Part shown: piece after piece, positions 48,663 to 61,379 of the stretch | Position numbering within the stretch: the first letter of the stretch is position 1 | How the letters are laid out: the number at the start of each line of letters is the position of its first letter | Source of the DNA: Octopus bimaculoides | Taxonomy: Eukaryota | Direction of reading: 5' to 3' | DNA: 64,000 nucleotides | Assembly: GCF_001194135.2 (NCBI RefSeq) | Contig: NC_068988.1 | Location: 55,334,430-55,398,429 of the forward strand | The notes under the pieces: model-generated | What the model was told of the DNA's origin: nothing | The model's database searches: none | Seen by the model: only the letters and a program-made list of their open reading frames with translations | Program-made: the position numbers and the translations under genes

Positions 48663-48695
<33 letters not shown>

Positions 48696-49640
48696 NNNNN
48701 NNNNNNNNNNNNNNNNNNNNNNNNNNNNNNNNNNNNNNNNNNNNNNNNNNNNNNNNNNNNNNNNNNNNNNNNNNNNNNNNNNNNNNNNNNNNNNNNNNNN
48801 NNNNNNNNNNNNNNNNNNNNNNNNNNNNNNNNNNNNNNNNNNNNNNNNNNNNNNNNNNNNNNNNNNNNNNNNNNNNNNNNNNNNNNNNNNNNNNNNNNNN
48901 NNNNNNNNNNNNNNNNNNNNNNNNNNNNNNNNNNNNNNNNNNNNNNNNNNNNNNNNNNNNNNNNNNNNNNNNNNNNNNNNNNNNNNNNNNNNNNNNNNNN
49001 NNNNNNNNNNNNNNNNNNNNNNNNNNNNNNNNNNNNNNNNNNNNNNNNNNNNNNNNNNNNNNNNNNNNNNNNNNNNNNNNNNNNNNNNNNNNNNNNNNNN
49101 NNNNNNNNNNNNNNNNNNNNNNNNNNNNNNNNNNNNNNNNNNNNNNNNNNNNNNNNNNNNNNNNNNNNNNNNNNNNNNNNNNNNNNNNNNNNNNNNNNNN
49201 NNNNNNNNNNNNNNNNNNNNNNNNNNNNNNNNNNNNNNNNNNNNNNNNNNNNNNNNNNNNNNNNNNNNNNNNNNNNNNNNNNNNNNNNNNNNNNNNNNNN
49301 NNNNNNNNNNNNNNNNNNNNNNNNNNNNNNNNNNNNNNNNNNNNNNNNNNNNNNNNNNNNNNNNNNNNNNNNNNNNNNNNNNNNNNNNNNNNNNNNNNNN
49401 NNNNNNNNNNNNNNNNNNNNNNNNNNNNNNNNNNNNNNNNNNNNNNNNNNNNNNNNNNNNNNNNNNNNNNNNNNNNNNNNNNNNNNNNNNNNNNNNNNNN
49501 NNNNNNNNNNNNNNNNNNNNNNNNNNNNNNNNNNNNNNNNNNNNNNNNNNNNNNNNNNNNNNNNNNNNNNNNNNNNNNNNNNNNNNNNNNNNNNNNNNNN
49601 NNNNNNNNNNNNNNNNNNNNNNNNNNNNNNNNNNNNNNNN

Positions 49641-49725
<85 letters not shown>

Positions 49726-50153
49726 AGAGTGAGAGAGAGAGAGTAAAGGAGAGATACGGAGAGAGTTAGTATATGCGGTGCAGGGTGACTGCACATGGGA
49801 ATAGTACACACATACAGACATACGCAGTGAGGGAGAATCATAGCGACAGAGGAGAAACAGCAGAGGGAACATACATATGTGTGTGCGTGTGAATTTCCAT
49901 AACGTAATAGATTAACTCGGAGAGTGATTTTGTTTTCCTTTTTTTCCTTTTTGAATACTATTTTATGTAATCATATATTAAGGCAATAAATATTATTCTT
50001 TCCAAAATTAGTATTCATTTCATTATTTTGCTTAAGAACCATGAAATTTAATAAAAGTTAAATTTTAATAACTTTTGTAGGTATGTCATATTTCCTGATA
50101 CTACTCATGGTACCAAAAATATTTTTCCAAATAACGAGTAACACTCTAGTGTG

Positions 50154-50190
<37 letters not shown>

Positions 50191-51343
50191 AATAATAATA
50201 CAACGGATATATAAGCATGTATACACACATATATGTACATACTTACATCTACATGTGTATATAGATGCATATTCGGGTACAGGACGTTAGAAAAATGAAC
50301 TACAGACAACGGAACGAATACATAGAAAAACAAATAGCCACTTGGATTAATTCTTCATCAGCTGCCTCTATTCTAAACTAGGCATTTCGAAGATAAGGCA
50401 GGACGCACTCTTAGAATAGTTTCTTCCTGAGTAGTGGATCAACCCACTAAACAGAGAATTCCAACGTAGCAAACACAAACCAATACAGGAAAAAATGGAC
50501 AGTGAAAACAACATTAAAAAGCCGTAGGGCCAAACGCGAATCGAATATTGAACGCTAGTGATATGACGAACAGGTTCGTCTCGCCTTCATGGTGGCTGGA
50601 GTTAGAAAGAGAGAATTGACCACAAGTCACATGTGAGCAGAGAGTGGTGGTAGAGGGAGGGAAGTGAAACAAATGTGAGAGACAGGGAGGAATATATANN
50701 NNNNNNNNNNNNNNNNNNNNNNNNNNNNNNNNNNNNNNNNNNNNNNNNNNNNNNNNNNNNNNNNNNNNNNNNNNNNNNNNNNNNNNNNNNNNNNNNNNNN
50801 NNNNNNNNNNNNNNNNNNNNNNNNNNNNNNNNNNNNNNNNNNNNNNNNNNNNNNNNNNNNNNNNNNNNNNNNNNNNNNNNNNNNNNNNNNNNNNNNNNNN
50901 NNNNNNNNNNNNNNNNNNNNNNNNNNNNNNNNNNNNNNNNNNNNNNNNNNNNNNNNNNNNNNNNNNNNNNNNNNNNNNNNNNNNNNNNNNNNNNNNNNNN
51001 NNNNNNNNNNNNNNNNNNNNNNNNNNNNNNNNNNNNNNNNNNNNNNNNNNNNNNNNNNNNNNNNNNNNNNNNNNNNNNNNNNNNNNNNNNNNNNNNNNNN
51101 NNNNNNNNNNNNNNNNNNNNNNNNNNNNNNNNNNNNNNNNNNNNNNNNNNNNNNNNNNNNNNNNNNNNNNNNNNNNNNNNNNNNNNNNNNNNNNNNNNNN
51201 NNNNNNNNNNNNNNNNNNNNNNNNNNNNNNNNNNNNNNNNNNNNNNNNNNNNNNNNNNNNNNNNNNNNNNNNNNNNNNNNNNNNNNNNNNNNNNNNNNNN
51301 NNNNNNNNNNNNNNNNNNNNNNNNNNNNNNNNNNNNNNNNNNT

Positions 51344-51386
51344 GGATTTGGTAGACGGAAATTGAAAGAAGTCCGTCGTATATATG

Positions 51387-51424
<38 letters not shown>

Positions 51425-51620
51425 AGTGTATGCCTTTGTGTCTGTGTTTGTCCCCCCACCATCGCTTGACAACCGATGTTAGTGTATTTATATACCCGTT
51501 ACTTAACGTGTCAGCAAAAGAATCCGATAGTATAAGTTCTAGGCTTACAAAAAATAAGTTTTGGGGGCGATTTCTTCAACTAAAACTCTTTAAGACGTTG
51601 CTCCAGCATTGCCGCAAGTA
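51344..51620 (+). mobile_element. SINE family A (end of 5' module, (TA)n(TG)n, 3' module)
   Basis: Homologous to 5330-6110. Confidence 0.8.
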
Positions 51621-51652
51621 AAAAATAAAACACACACACACACACACACACG

Positions 51653-51686
<34 letters not shown>

Positions 51687-52169
51687 CACACACTTCATTC
51701 TTTCATTTGGTTTGCAAGACACTCGATATGAATTCCTGTGCTGAAATAAATCTTGTGTTTAGGTAAGGTCATTATGCCAATTAAAGTAAACACGCGCACA
51801 TGTCCAATACCACTTCTTTATTTTACCAACCAACTAATCAGTGGTTTCTTGAAAGTGTTGATTGAACAATCGATCAATTGTGAATTTTCTCCATCGGAGT
51901 CCTTTCTCATTAATGACATGCCCTCACTCTTCAATGTCTGCTCTGTGTGTCAGAGAACTAGTCTTATACCTGTGTGTGTAGAGGTATGTATGTTTACTTA
52001 TGTGCGTGCGTTCAGGTTGAGTGTGCGCGCCTGTATGGTGTAGTAGATTGTGTTTTGAATAGGTAAGCGTCAGTGTGTATGTTTACGTGTGTGCGTGAGT
52101 TTATTTTAATTAGTGACATAATGACCCTCCCTAGACATAACAGTATATATATATGTGTATGTGTGTGTG

Positions 52170-52202
<33 letters not shown>

Positions 52203-52462
52203 NNNNNNNNNNNNNNNNNNNNNNNNNNNNNNNNNNNNNNNNTATATATAAATAATATACATATATAATGTATATACATATATGTATATATTTATATATG
52301 CATATATGATATAAATGGTGAATGCAGATGAGCGTGTTAGATATAAATTTACACAAGTTTACTATACATACACACATAGGTACGCATATATGCATATATA
52401 CATGCATGTGTACATATACTTGCATATGCACATATATATCCATATCTATATATATATAAACA

Positions 52463-52502
<40 letters not shown>

Positions 52503-54109
52503 CATACGTAGACATGTACATACATACATACATACATGCATGCATGCACGCATATTATACACGTACGCACACATACACACATATCGGTAATCATGCGCAG
52601 ATGGAAACAGAAAGCACAATTAAGAAGGATATTTACCCGCAGTTAGAAAAACGGCAACGGTGAGTATAAAGCCAATATTGTGCATGATTTGTCTCGCTTA
52701 ATTGTATCAAATTCTTCTAGATATTGATGGTCTTTCAAAATACAATTATTTTATCCAATGTTCCACTTGGAAGTGAATAGAAACAAAACAAATCTCCTTC
52801 TGTTATCGCTTCCTTCTTTTATTCCAGTCCATCGTCTTTTTGTTACACTTGAGATTTATTACAACCTGTTTTTATCTGACAGCTGATATATAATACAATC
52901 ACCTGTTGTACACAACTGTAATACTTATCATAAATTGCGTATTTCTGTTAATCTGAGATGGTTTTATTTTTGTTTTCTTTGTGCGGGAAAAAGCAGGTGG
53001 TAACATGTTTGTTGCAAGCTAGAAATGGACTCACCCAAAGTAATTTTAAATAGGTTCAAATTTATAATACAAATAAACCAATAAGATTGTACAATACATA
53101 TAGCAGAACTATTTTTGTGGTGCCTCCAGTAGCAAGCTAGTTTTATTGCACAAATGTTGAAGAACAAGCGCGACTAAAACAATAGATTCTGGAAGGGAAA
53201 TGAGCTGTATTTGGGCAATGGATTTAACTCGAAGCTTCATTTGAAGATCAGTATGAAGTTTTACCAAAACTAAAATCTAAAAATGATGTTATTTCAACGT
53301 TTTTCAGAAGATTTCAGTTCCAACAGTCTTGAAAATAGAAAACAGAGACATTAATAAAAGTCAAAGTTCACAGTAAGTGAAATTACGATCTACCTTGCTT
53401 GGAATCTAGTCTCTTGAAGTTTTTATTTACTTTTTGCTTTGGTGAGAAGACCTAAAGATATTAGAAACAGCGAAGGGAGATAGAATGAAACAGACAGTCA
53501 TTAGCAGGATTCGAACCTTCACTCATCACCAAGCGATCTAATTTCGCCTAAAACCGTGTGATGAATGTGCACTCGAACCTTCAAATACGTCACCCATTAT
53601 GTGGCAGTGGACTTCTCTTGCTTAGAATTCTGCGCTGTGCTAACTGTATATTAAATTTGTTCACAGTAGCAGATGTTACACAAACATTCATTCTATCATA
53701 AAGAATAACAATGATTGATAGCTCGAAGTAAAATTCCCCGTTACTATGAGTTGGCAATAAATGCTTTGCAAGACCAATAGACCTTCTAGAAAAAGCAGCC
53801 AAAATCTCCCTTACCCTGCCACATTAATAACAAATGGAAGGTCTTATTAAATAATGTAGTCCGCGATTCCCTGTCAGAAGTTGAAATAGTCTCAAACGAA
53901 ATGCATTTGTAGATCTGTTTGTTTAGGACTGACCTAGGGTTACAGAACAATTCCTCGTTACTTATAAGCCCACCCATTACGTTACTGTTTAAAGGTAAAT
54001 TTGTGCCTACAACACAACAAATGAACATCTAAGTAGTCGTTCGACCAGGTAGAGATAGCAACCAAATGTACTCAAATTAAAGCTGATGATCAGTGTGTGA
54101 CCAATCAAT

Positions 54110-54439
54110 GTTGAGCATGAGCTCCTTGAGACATTACTTGAAGAAAATCCTGCATTATCAGTTGAACAATTGGCAATAAAACTTAGTTCAAACCATACAA
54201 CTGTTCATCGTCATCTTCAACAACTTGGAAAGGTTCCTAAACTTGGAAAATGGGTGCCTCATGAATTGTCCGAAAGCAACCGCAAATCCCGAGTTGACAT
54301 CTGCTCTTCTCTCCATTCTCGCGAACTCATTTCACCCCTTTTGGATAGACTTGTGGCAGGTGACAAAAAATGGATCTTCTATCGAAATGTTAAACGTCGT
54401 AAACAGTGGCTTGGTAAAAGGGAAAAAGCTCAACCATAA
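54110..54439 (+). mobile_element. Mariner (DD34D) transposase fragment
   Basis: TVHRHLQQLG...GKWVPHEL...DRLVAGDKKWIFY, i.e. the WVPHEL linker and first catalytic D region. Truncated at both ends. Confidence 0.9.
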
Positions 54440-54547
54440 ACGAGAAGTGTATATTTTAGTATTGCGCTATTTATGAGAGTTGATTTCATCATTAACCTAT
54501 TATTCTTTTGGTAGAACTTCTGTATAAAATGAATGTCTAGTCGGTGG

Positions 54548-54603
54548 AAACCCTAAACCCTAACTCTAAATCTTAATCCTAAACCCTAACTCTAAACCCT
54601 GAA
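54548..54603. repeat. Degenerate telomere-like (CCCTAA/CCCTAAA) tract
   Basis: aaaccctaaaccctaactctaaatcttaatcctaaaccctaactctaaaccctga. Confidence 0.6.
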
Positions 54604-55544
54604 CACTGGGTGTGCGTATTCTTTACCTTCGCCGTCTTGTCTGCTGACGATTACCTATCTAGTTTTGTTTTGTTTTGTGGGATGGAGTGCATTGTGATTG
54701 CTTTGTTTAAGTATGTGATGAGTCGGCGAAAAAACTAAAATAAATACGCAGAGAATATGAACTAGTCACAGACAATGGTGTTCCCTCGATATTTGTTAAT
54801 CCTTTAGTAACGATTTAAGAGATGACAGGAGACTCCTCCCGCCCATGATAATTTCATTTCCAGAATATTTTAAAATTTTATCTAGAGATGCTTGGCAAAC
54901 CAACTCATTATTCTAGTATGTAAGCGGCACTTAGAGTTATTTTACTGCGTACATGTTTTTTTTTTTTTTTGTGTATTGAAATATATGAAAAATAAAAAGT
55001 GTCACCGATTTTAGACTAAAGAAGAAATCGAAGAAAGTATGCAACAAGAACTGCGCACAACGCATGAAAATGCGTCCCGCGACGTATCCTAAAACTAGAA
55101 ACTAATGCTAGGAACGGGTTATCAACAGCAGAGAGAATTTGCTGAAAGAGACAAATCTAATTAAATTTTAAGTAAAATAAATATATTTTAAAAAATTAAC
55201 CAAGTTTCTTTTATGGCAGACTGCGTAAATTATATTTCTATCATTGTCTTTCATTACACACACACACACACACACACAGAGATAAACTGGAGATGAACTA
55301 GTGATAAAAATACAACTGAATATAAATAATAGCATGTAAATATTGGGTTGAAAAAAAAACATTTTGGATTGAAAAAGTGGAAATCCAATGTTGAAAATAA
55401 AAAAGAAAATTATTTCATGTTCTCTCGAAAGTTTGTTTGTGTGTGTGTGTGAGGGAGATTTTGTGTGTGTGAGAGAGAGACAAAGAGAGAGAGAGAAAGG
55501 TCGACCAGTGGATTCACTTGCCATTTTAGGTCCCAACATCTAGA

Positions 55545-55850
55545 TCAGGGGTCCCCAACCGGGGTCCATATGGACCCCCAGGTGTCCACAGAAGCTTTAA
55601 GGGGATCCACGAGCAAAAAATTGTAATTTGTGGGTGCATATATAAATTTTGTTTATTATGAGAGGTACTGTATTTATTGAAATTTTCAAGATTTGTATTT
55701 GGAATTTGTGTTATGAATATAACGAAATTGTTTCATTGTTAGTTTTTACTAACCTATAAACAAATATTTTATTTCAAAAATTTACATGTGCATATATGGG
55801 GCCTACAGATGATAAGATAGCTCTCAGGGGGGTCCACAAGCAAAATAAGG
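55545..55850 (+). mobile_element. hAT-type MITE, 3' end cut by the adjacent LINE
   Basis: 5' TIR caggggtccccaac. Internal similarity to 8520-8766. No 3' TIR. Confidence 0.6.
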
Positions 55851-55851
55851 T

Positions 55852-56412
55852 CTAGCTTTCAATGCCAAAATATGGCACAATTCCTTCCAGGATCTTCCAG
55901 ATGTATATTGCTGCATGCCTCTCCCGCCTTCGCTCCAGGGAGTAGAGTCTTAGCTGTTTTAGCCTTTCCCAGTAGCTGAGTTGTTGCAATGAGACGATCT
56001 TCTTTGTGAAGCTTCTCTGAATTGCTTCAAGGTCCGCTGTTAATTTTACACTGTTGGGTGACCATAGCTGGGAGCAGTAATCCAGGTGGCTGAGGACGAA
56101 TGTACTCCAGAGGACCATCATGGTTTCCTTATCTCTGGTTCTGAATGTTCTCAGGATCCATCTAGCCAGTCGTCTGCACTTTGTCGCCATCCTGGTAATG
56201 TGCACTTGGAAAGAGGTATCATCACTCATGTCGATACCCAGGTCCCTCACTGATTTAGGCTCTGGGATTGTAATTCCCTGTGGATCAGTGTACCTTGTAA
56301 ATTTTATATTAAGTTTTGGATGCTGGTAGCACAGGGCTTGGGATTTTTCAGCATTAAACTGCATATTATTATCCTCAGCCCATTTGTAAAATTGAGTCCA
56401 ACTCCTGCTGCA
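55852..56412 (-). mobile_element. CR1/Jockey-group LINE, RT C-terminal fragment (170-aa open frame)
   Basis: MQFNAEK...RDLGI.MS....F..HI......ILRTFRTRD...HLDYCSQLWSP....LEAIQRSFT...YWERLK.L.LYSLERRRER. Confidence 0.92.
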
Positions 56413-56974
56413 TATATATATATAGTGTGTGTGTGTGTTTACGTCTCCGTAATTTAGTGTTTCGGCAAAATGACTAATAAAATAAGTGAATAATTACCAA
56501 ACTTTAAAAAGAAGTACTGGGGTCGGTTCGTTTGGCTAAAATTCTCGAAGGCAGCGCCCCAGCATGACCGCAGTCTATTGACTGAAACAAGATAGAAGAT
56601 ATATAGGTTTAAATGCGAACAAAAGTGTATGTGTGTTTGTGTGTGTGTGTGGAGTTATGTATGCGACATAGGTATGCATGTGTGTATGTTTCTATGAATG
56701 TATGCGTGCTAAAGAACGTTGTAAAACACTGTCAACTATAAAATACTTAGAATAAAAGAACACATGTTAAATCAAAGGTCAGCTGGCCAGACGCAGCTGC
56801 AACATGTATCAATTAAGTTGCTTATCGACCGCCTCTTAACAAAACAAACAACTACAATTAGCTTCTCTATTCATAATGCTTCATGTTATTACAGCGATAT
56901 GAGATCAAATCTTGTTAATGTATAAACTTTATTTTTAATTCATTTGGAGATGATACATAAAGTACCAGTTGCTT

Positions 56975-57190
56975 ATTCTTTTACCATGTACTTGTTTCAC
57001 ACATTAGATCGCGGCCATACTGGGGTACTGCCTTGAAGAATCTTAGTCGAACGAATTCACCCCAAGTACTTATTCCTTTAAAGCTGATACTGATTCTATC
57101 GGGTTCTTTTTGCCGAACAACTAAAGTTACGTGATGTAAACATACCAACACCGTTGTCGAGCGGGAATGGGAGACACACACAAACACACA
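56975..57190 (-). mobile_element. SINE family A 3' module
   Basis: Reverse complement of the family A 3' module, followed by the internal (CA)(TA)n tract. Confidence 0.75.
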
Positions 57191-57192
57191 CA

Positions 57193-57234
<42 letters not shown>

Positions 57235-57237
<3 letters not shown>

Positions 57238-58462
57238 GGGTTGAAGAAAATAATAGAAACACTTAGCTTCATAGCAACATAATTTTGAAATATCTATAAA
57301 ACCGTCAAAAGCTTGTTTATTTTTTATGATTTTTGATTTATNNNNNNNNNNNNNNNNNNNNNNNNNNNNNNNNNNNNNNNNNNNNNNNNNNNNNNNNNNN
57401 NNNNNNNNNNNNNNNNNNNNNNNNNNNNNNNNNNNNNNNNNNNNNNNNNNNNNNNNNNNNNNNNNNNNNNNNNNNNNNNNNNNNNNNNNNNNNNNNNNNN
57501 NNNNNNNNNNNNNNNNNNNNNNNNNNNNNNNNNNNNNNNNNNNNNNNNNNNNNNNNNNNNNNNNNNNNNNNNNNNNNNNNNNNNNNNNNNNNNNNNNNNN
57601 NNNNNNNNNNNNNNNNNNNNNNNNNNNNNNNNNNNNNNNNNNNNNNNNNNNNNNNNNNNNNNNNNNNNNNNNNNNNNNNNNNNNNNNNNNNNNNNNNNNN
57701 NNNNNNNNNNNNNNNNNNNNNNNNNNNNNNNNNNNNNNNNNNNNNNNNNNNNNNNNNNNNNNNNNNNNNNNNNNNNNNNNNNNNNNNNNNNNNNNNNNNN
57801 NNNNNNNNNNNNNNNNNNNNNNNNNNNNNNNNNNNNNNNNNNNNNNNNNNNNNNNNNNNNNNNNNNNNNNNNNNNNNNNNNNNNNNNNNNNNNNNNNNNN
57901 NNNNNNNNATTTCCAACCACCGGCCGAGTATACGTGTGGAGACAGCCAGAAGAAGCATTTCACGCAAACTGCCTTCTTCCAACTGTTAAACATGGAGGAG
58001 GTTCTGTGATGATCGGGGTGGGGCTATATCTTGGAAATCCGCCGGCCCAATGGTTTCCCTTCATGGCAGAATTAATAGTCAAAACTATTTAAGCATTATA
58101 TTTGATCAAGTCCATCCTATGGTTGCAGAACTGTTTCCGGAGGGAAACGCAATCTTTCAGGATGATAATGCACCAATTCACACAGCTAAAGTTGTTACTG
58201 AATGGCACGAGGAACATTCTATTGAAATTGAACATCTTATCTGGCCACCACAGTCCCCAGATGCATTTTAGAAAAACAAGTAAGGAGTCGATATCCTCCA
58301 CCATCATCACTACAAGAACTGGAGATTGTTTTAGCTGAAGAATGGACAAAAATTCATTTGGAAACAATTCAAACTTTGTACGAATCTATACTTCGTAGAA
58401 TTCAAGCTGTAATTACTGCCAAAGGCGGTCCTACCCCATATTAAAATAAATTTGTCCAACCC

Positions 58463-58465
<3 letters not shown>
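57235..58465 (+). mobile_element. Tc1 (DD34E-type) transposon, both ends present, inactive
   Basis: TIRs caggggttg / caacccctg. Motifs KHGGGSVM, IFQDDNAPIHTA, WPPQSPD and AKGGPTPY*. A frameshift and a deletion after SPD remove the LN.IE segment. The 5' half is in a gap. Confidence 0.9.
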
Positions 58466-58500
<35 letters not shown>

Positions 58501-58777
58501 NNNNNNNNNNNNNNNNNNNNNNNNNNNNNNNNNNNNNNNNNNNNNNNNNNNNNNNNNNNNNNNNNNNNNNNNNNNNNNNNNNNNNNNNNNNNNNNNNNNN
58601 NNNNNNNNNNNNNNNNNNNNNNNNNNNNNNNNNNNNNNNNNNNNNNNNNNNNNNNNNNNNNNNNNNNNNNNNNNNNNNNNNNNNNNNNNNNNNNNNNNTA
58701 TATATATACCTGGCCGACAACTGATAGGTATTTGGTGACCTGTGTTTGTTTAATTAGCTAATTGCTGGTTATTTATT

Positions 58778-58935
58778 TAATTAAGCAAACAACTAATTAA
58801 TTAACTAATTAAGCAAGCAACTAATTAATTAACTAATTAAGCAAGCAACTGATTAACTAATCGATTAAGCAAGCAACTGATTAATTAATTAAGCAGGCAA
58901 ACACCTAATTAACTAATTAAACAAGCAACTATTTA
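58778..58935. repeat. Degenerate tandem repeat of about 25-28 bp (AAGCAACTAATTAATTAACTAATT)
   Basis: About 6 visible units. Confidence 0.75.
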
Positions 58936-58966
58936 AGCTGAGATAAGCTAAGCCGAACCGAGCCGA

Positions 58967-59131
58967 GCCCCCTTGATAACAGAAGAGATTGCACAAAATA
59001 AAGCCCCCTTGATAACGGAAGAGGTCACACAATGTAAAGTCCCTTTGATACCGGAAGAGGTCGCACAATGTAAAGCCCCATTGGTAACAGAAGAGATTGC
59101 ACTATGTAAATCCCTCTTGATAACAGGATAT
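58967..59131. repeat. 36-bp minisatellite x about 4.5, with an inverted copy at 59454-59493
   Basis: Unit like gcccccttgataacagaagagattgcacaaaataaa. Encodes 12-aa repeats in ORF 58973..59158. Confidence 0.85.
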
Positions 59132-59644
59132 AACAAACCAAGTAAGATGAACCAATAAAAGTGTCTATACGGTCGCACAGTCTGCTAGAAGTAGCAACGA
59201 AATTTCTATGTAACCGAACTTCTCTTAATCAGGGCTGACTTTGGGGTTCAGCTACAACAGAATTTTGCTTTCAGAATATAAAGAAGACATCACAAGCGAG
59301 AGGTATCGATCATGTCAACTTACAATAGATATAGATATGAAACACAAATATAGTGATATGAAGCACCATTGAAATTGTCTAACCTACAAAGCGAGTCGGT
59401 CCTTCGGAAACCTCGAATTCTAACGTCAACTTCTTGAAATACTATCTGATACCATATCCTGTTATCAAGGGGGCTTTATCTTGTGTAATCTCTTTGCATT
59501 CCTCAGAATCTGCAGACAAACGACACTTTTTGTTTGCTTGTTTCTTGGGGTTTCTTTATTTGGCCTCCTTCGTATAAATTCTGGTAAGTTTATCGCCATT
59601 TGAGGTAAGAGTGGCGAATTGTTGCTTTAAAGTGCAGTACGTAG

Positions 59645-60310
59645 AATAGAGAAAGAGAGGATGGAGAGAGGGGGGAAAATGATAGGAGGGAAGACAGCTT
59701 AGTGTGAGAGTGTAGAGGAGTGTGAAGAAGAGGACAGAAGGGTTAGAGTTAAAGGAGAGCGAGAGGGAGGGAGAGTTATTTAGTGAGGGGAGAGTTTAGG
59801 CAAAGGGTTGAAGTACTGGAGGAAAGTGAAGTGAGAGGGAAAGGAAATGTGTGAGGAAAGAAACAAAGAAGGGGAGAAAGTGTGGTGTGAGGGTGAAACT
59901 ATGGGGGAATGGGTGAAGTGTTGATACAAGGTGAAGTGAGAATAAAAGAAGGGGGTAAGAGTGAGAGTGGTGAGAAAAGAGAAGAGGTGAAGAAACACGA
60001 GAAAGGCTGAAAGGAATAAAGATGAAAAAGATAAAGAAGTGAGAAAGAACGAAAAGGGTGGGGTGGGAATGAAAATGGCATTAAAATATAATAAAAAAAG
60101 TAAGAAATAGGATAACAAATGGTAAAAAAAAAGAAGCAATTTGAAAAAGAAACTAAAAAAAAATGAGAAAGAATATGCAAAAATATATATGAAAAAGAAA
60201 TGTGAAAGGAGTGACAAGTGAAAGGAATTGGAAATCAGAGCAGAAATGATGGAATGAAAAGAAGGGAAACACAAAAATGGAAAGAAGGAACGAAAGAGGG
60301 AAAGATAGAA
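59645..60310. repeat. Purine-rich (GA) low-complexity tract of about 670 bp
   Basis: Strong A/G excess on the + strand with almost no C. Confidence 0.8.
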
Positions 60311-60465
60311 ATATAAGGTGCATGCCTTAGGAGTTATATAGTATGATGTAGTAATATATAAGGAGACGTATGGAAGAAGTGTATGGGTATCAATGTTCTT
60401 TGATAAAGAGAAACATAAAAATGAGCAATGACATTTTCATATTCTATCAAATTCTAAGGCGGCGA

Positions 60466-60650
60466 GCTGGCAGAGTCGTTACCGCGCCGGCAGAATGCTA
60501 TGCGGCATTTCATCTGTCTTTACGTTCTGAGTTCAGATGCCGCCGGGGTCGACTTTGTTTTTCATTCTTAGAACCCTGGGGACGATGTAATCGACTAACC
60601 CCCTCCTTCAAAGCTGCTAGCCTTGTGCCAAAATTGAAACCGATATTTTA
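60466..60650 (+). mobile_element. SINE family B copy, CpG-rich
   Basis: aaggcggcgagctggcagagtcgtt...ttgtgccaaaattgaaacc. Confidence 0.8.
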
Positions 60651-61379
60651 TTAAATTGTCTTTTCAAATGTGGTGGGGTAGAAGGATTGTTAGTGTTGCT
60701 AGAATGTGTTGCAGTATCTGTTCTGGCTGTCTGCATTCTGAGGAATTCGGTCTTTTATCCTTTCCAAGGATCGGTAAATGACATTCTAGCCCATAGTGGT
60801 GATGAATTTGCAGAATTGTTAGAATCTTGTAGCGTCTGTTTTGGCTCATTGCTTAGTGAGTTCAAACTTCGACCCTTATCATCACCAGCCTCCTACAGGC
60901 GGGAAACGAATTCTTCGCAAAAGATTTTCTCTTTTGTCAACTGTTTTCGATCAATTGTTTTTCAATTAGCAAAGTAGCTAGTTAGAAAATCTCTGTAAGA
61001 GATAAAAGTAGTAACTACACTGAGAAGTAATATTTATCGCTACATCAATATGGCTGTTCCATAAGAATCGACGTTATTACCGTTTTTAACCCCAGTTATT
61101 CATTATACAATGTGTATTTTATACACAACACTACGATAGGTAACTTGTATATAATTTTCTGTGGGATGTACTGTATAACACGTGTTTGAAAAGCTAAGAA
61201 CACCAAAAAGTGCTTACACAAAACTTCCTTCTATCAGGTCTGTATTAACCTGCTTGTTTTTTTTTTAAAGATTTTCTATGTAATTAATAATTTTTAATTA
61301 AAGAAAATCATTTTTCACACACACATACACACACGCGCGCGTGCACACATATACGTACGCCCGCACGCACAAACACGTG

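Noticed and set aside
50341-50400. Minus-strand GAAA...CTGATGA pair resembling a permuted hammerhead
   Set aside because: Only a 3-bp stem II is possible and the three-stem junction with a UH site cannot be formed. At best a decayed motif.
53495-53570. Minus-strand tRNA-like T-arm (ggttcgaatcctgc)
   Set aside because: No supportable D or anticodon arms; probably a decayed tRNA-derived fragment.
5243-58761. Long ORFs in the track made of X, YI, VC, TH or ER runs
   Set aside because: Artefacts of N gaps and dinucleotide microsatellites, not genes.
59780-60274. Hydrophobic F/L/S-rich minus-strand ORFs suggesting a membrane protein
   Set aside because: They are just the translation of the complement of the polypurine tract.
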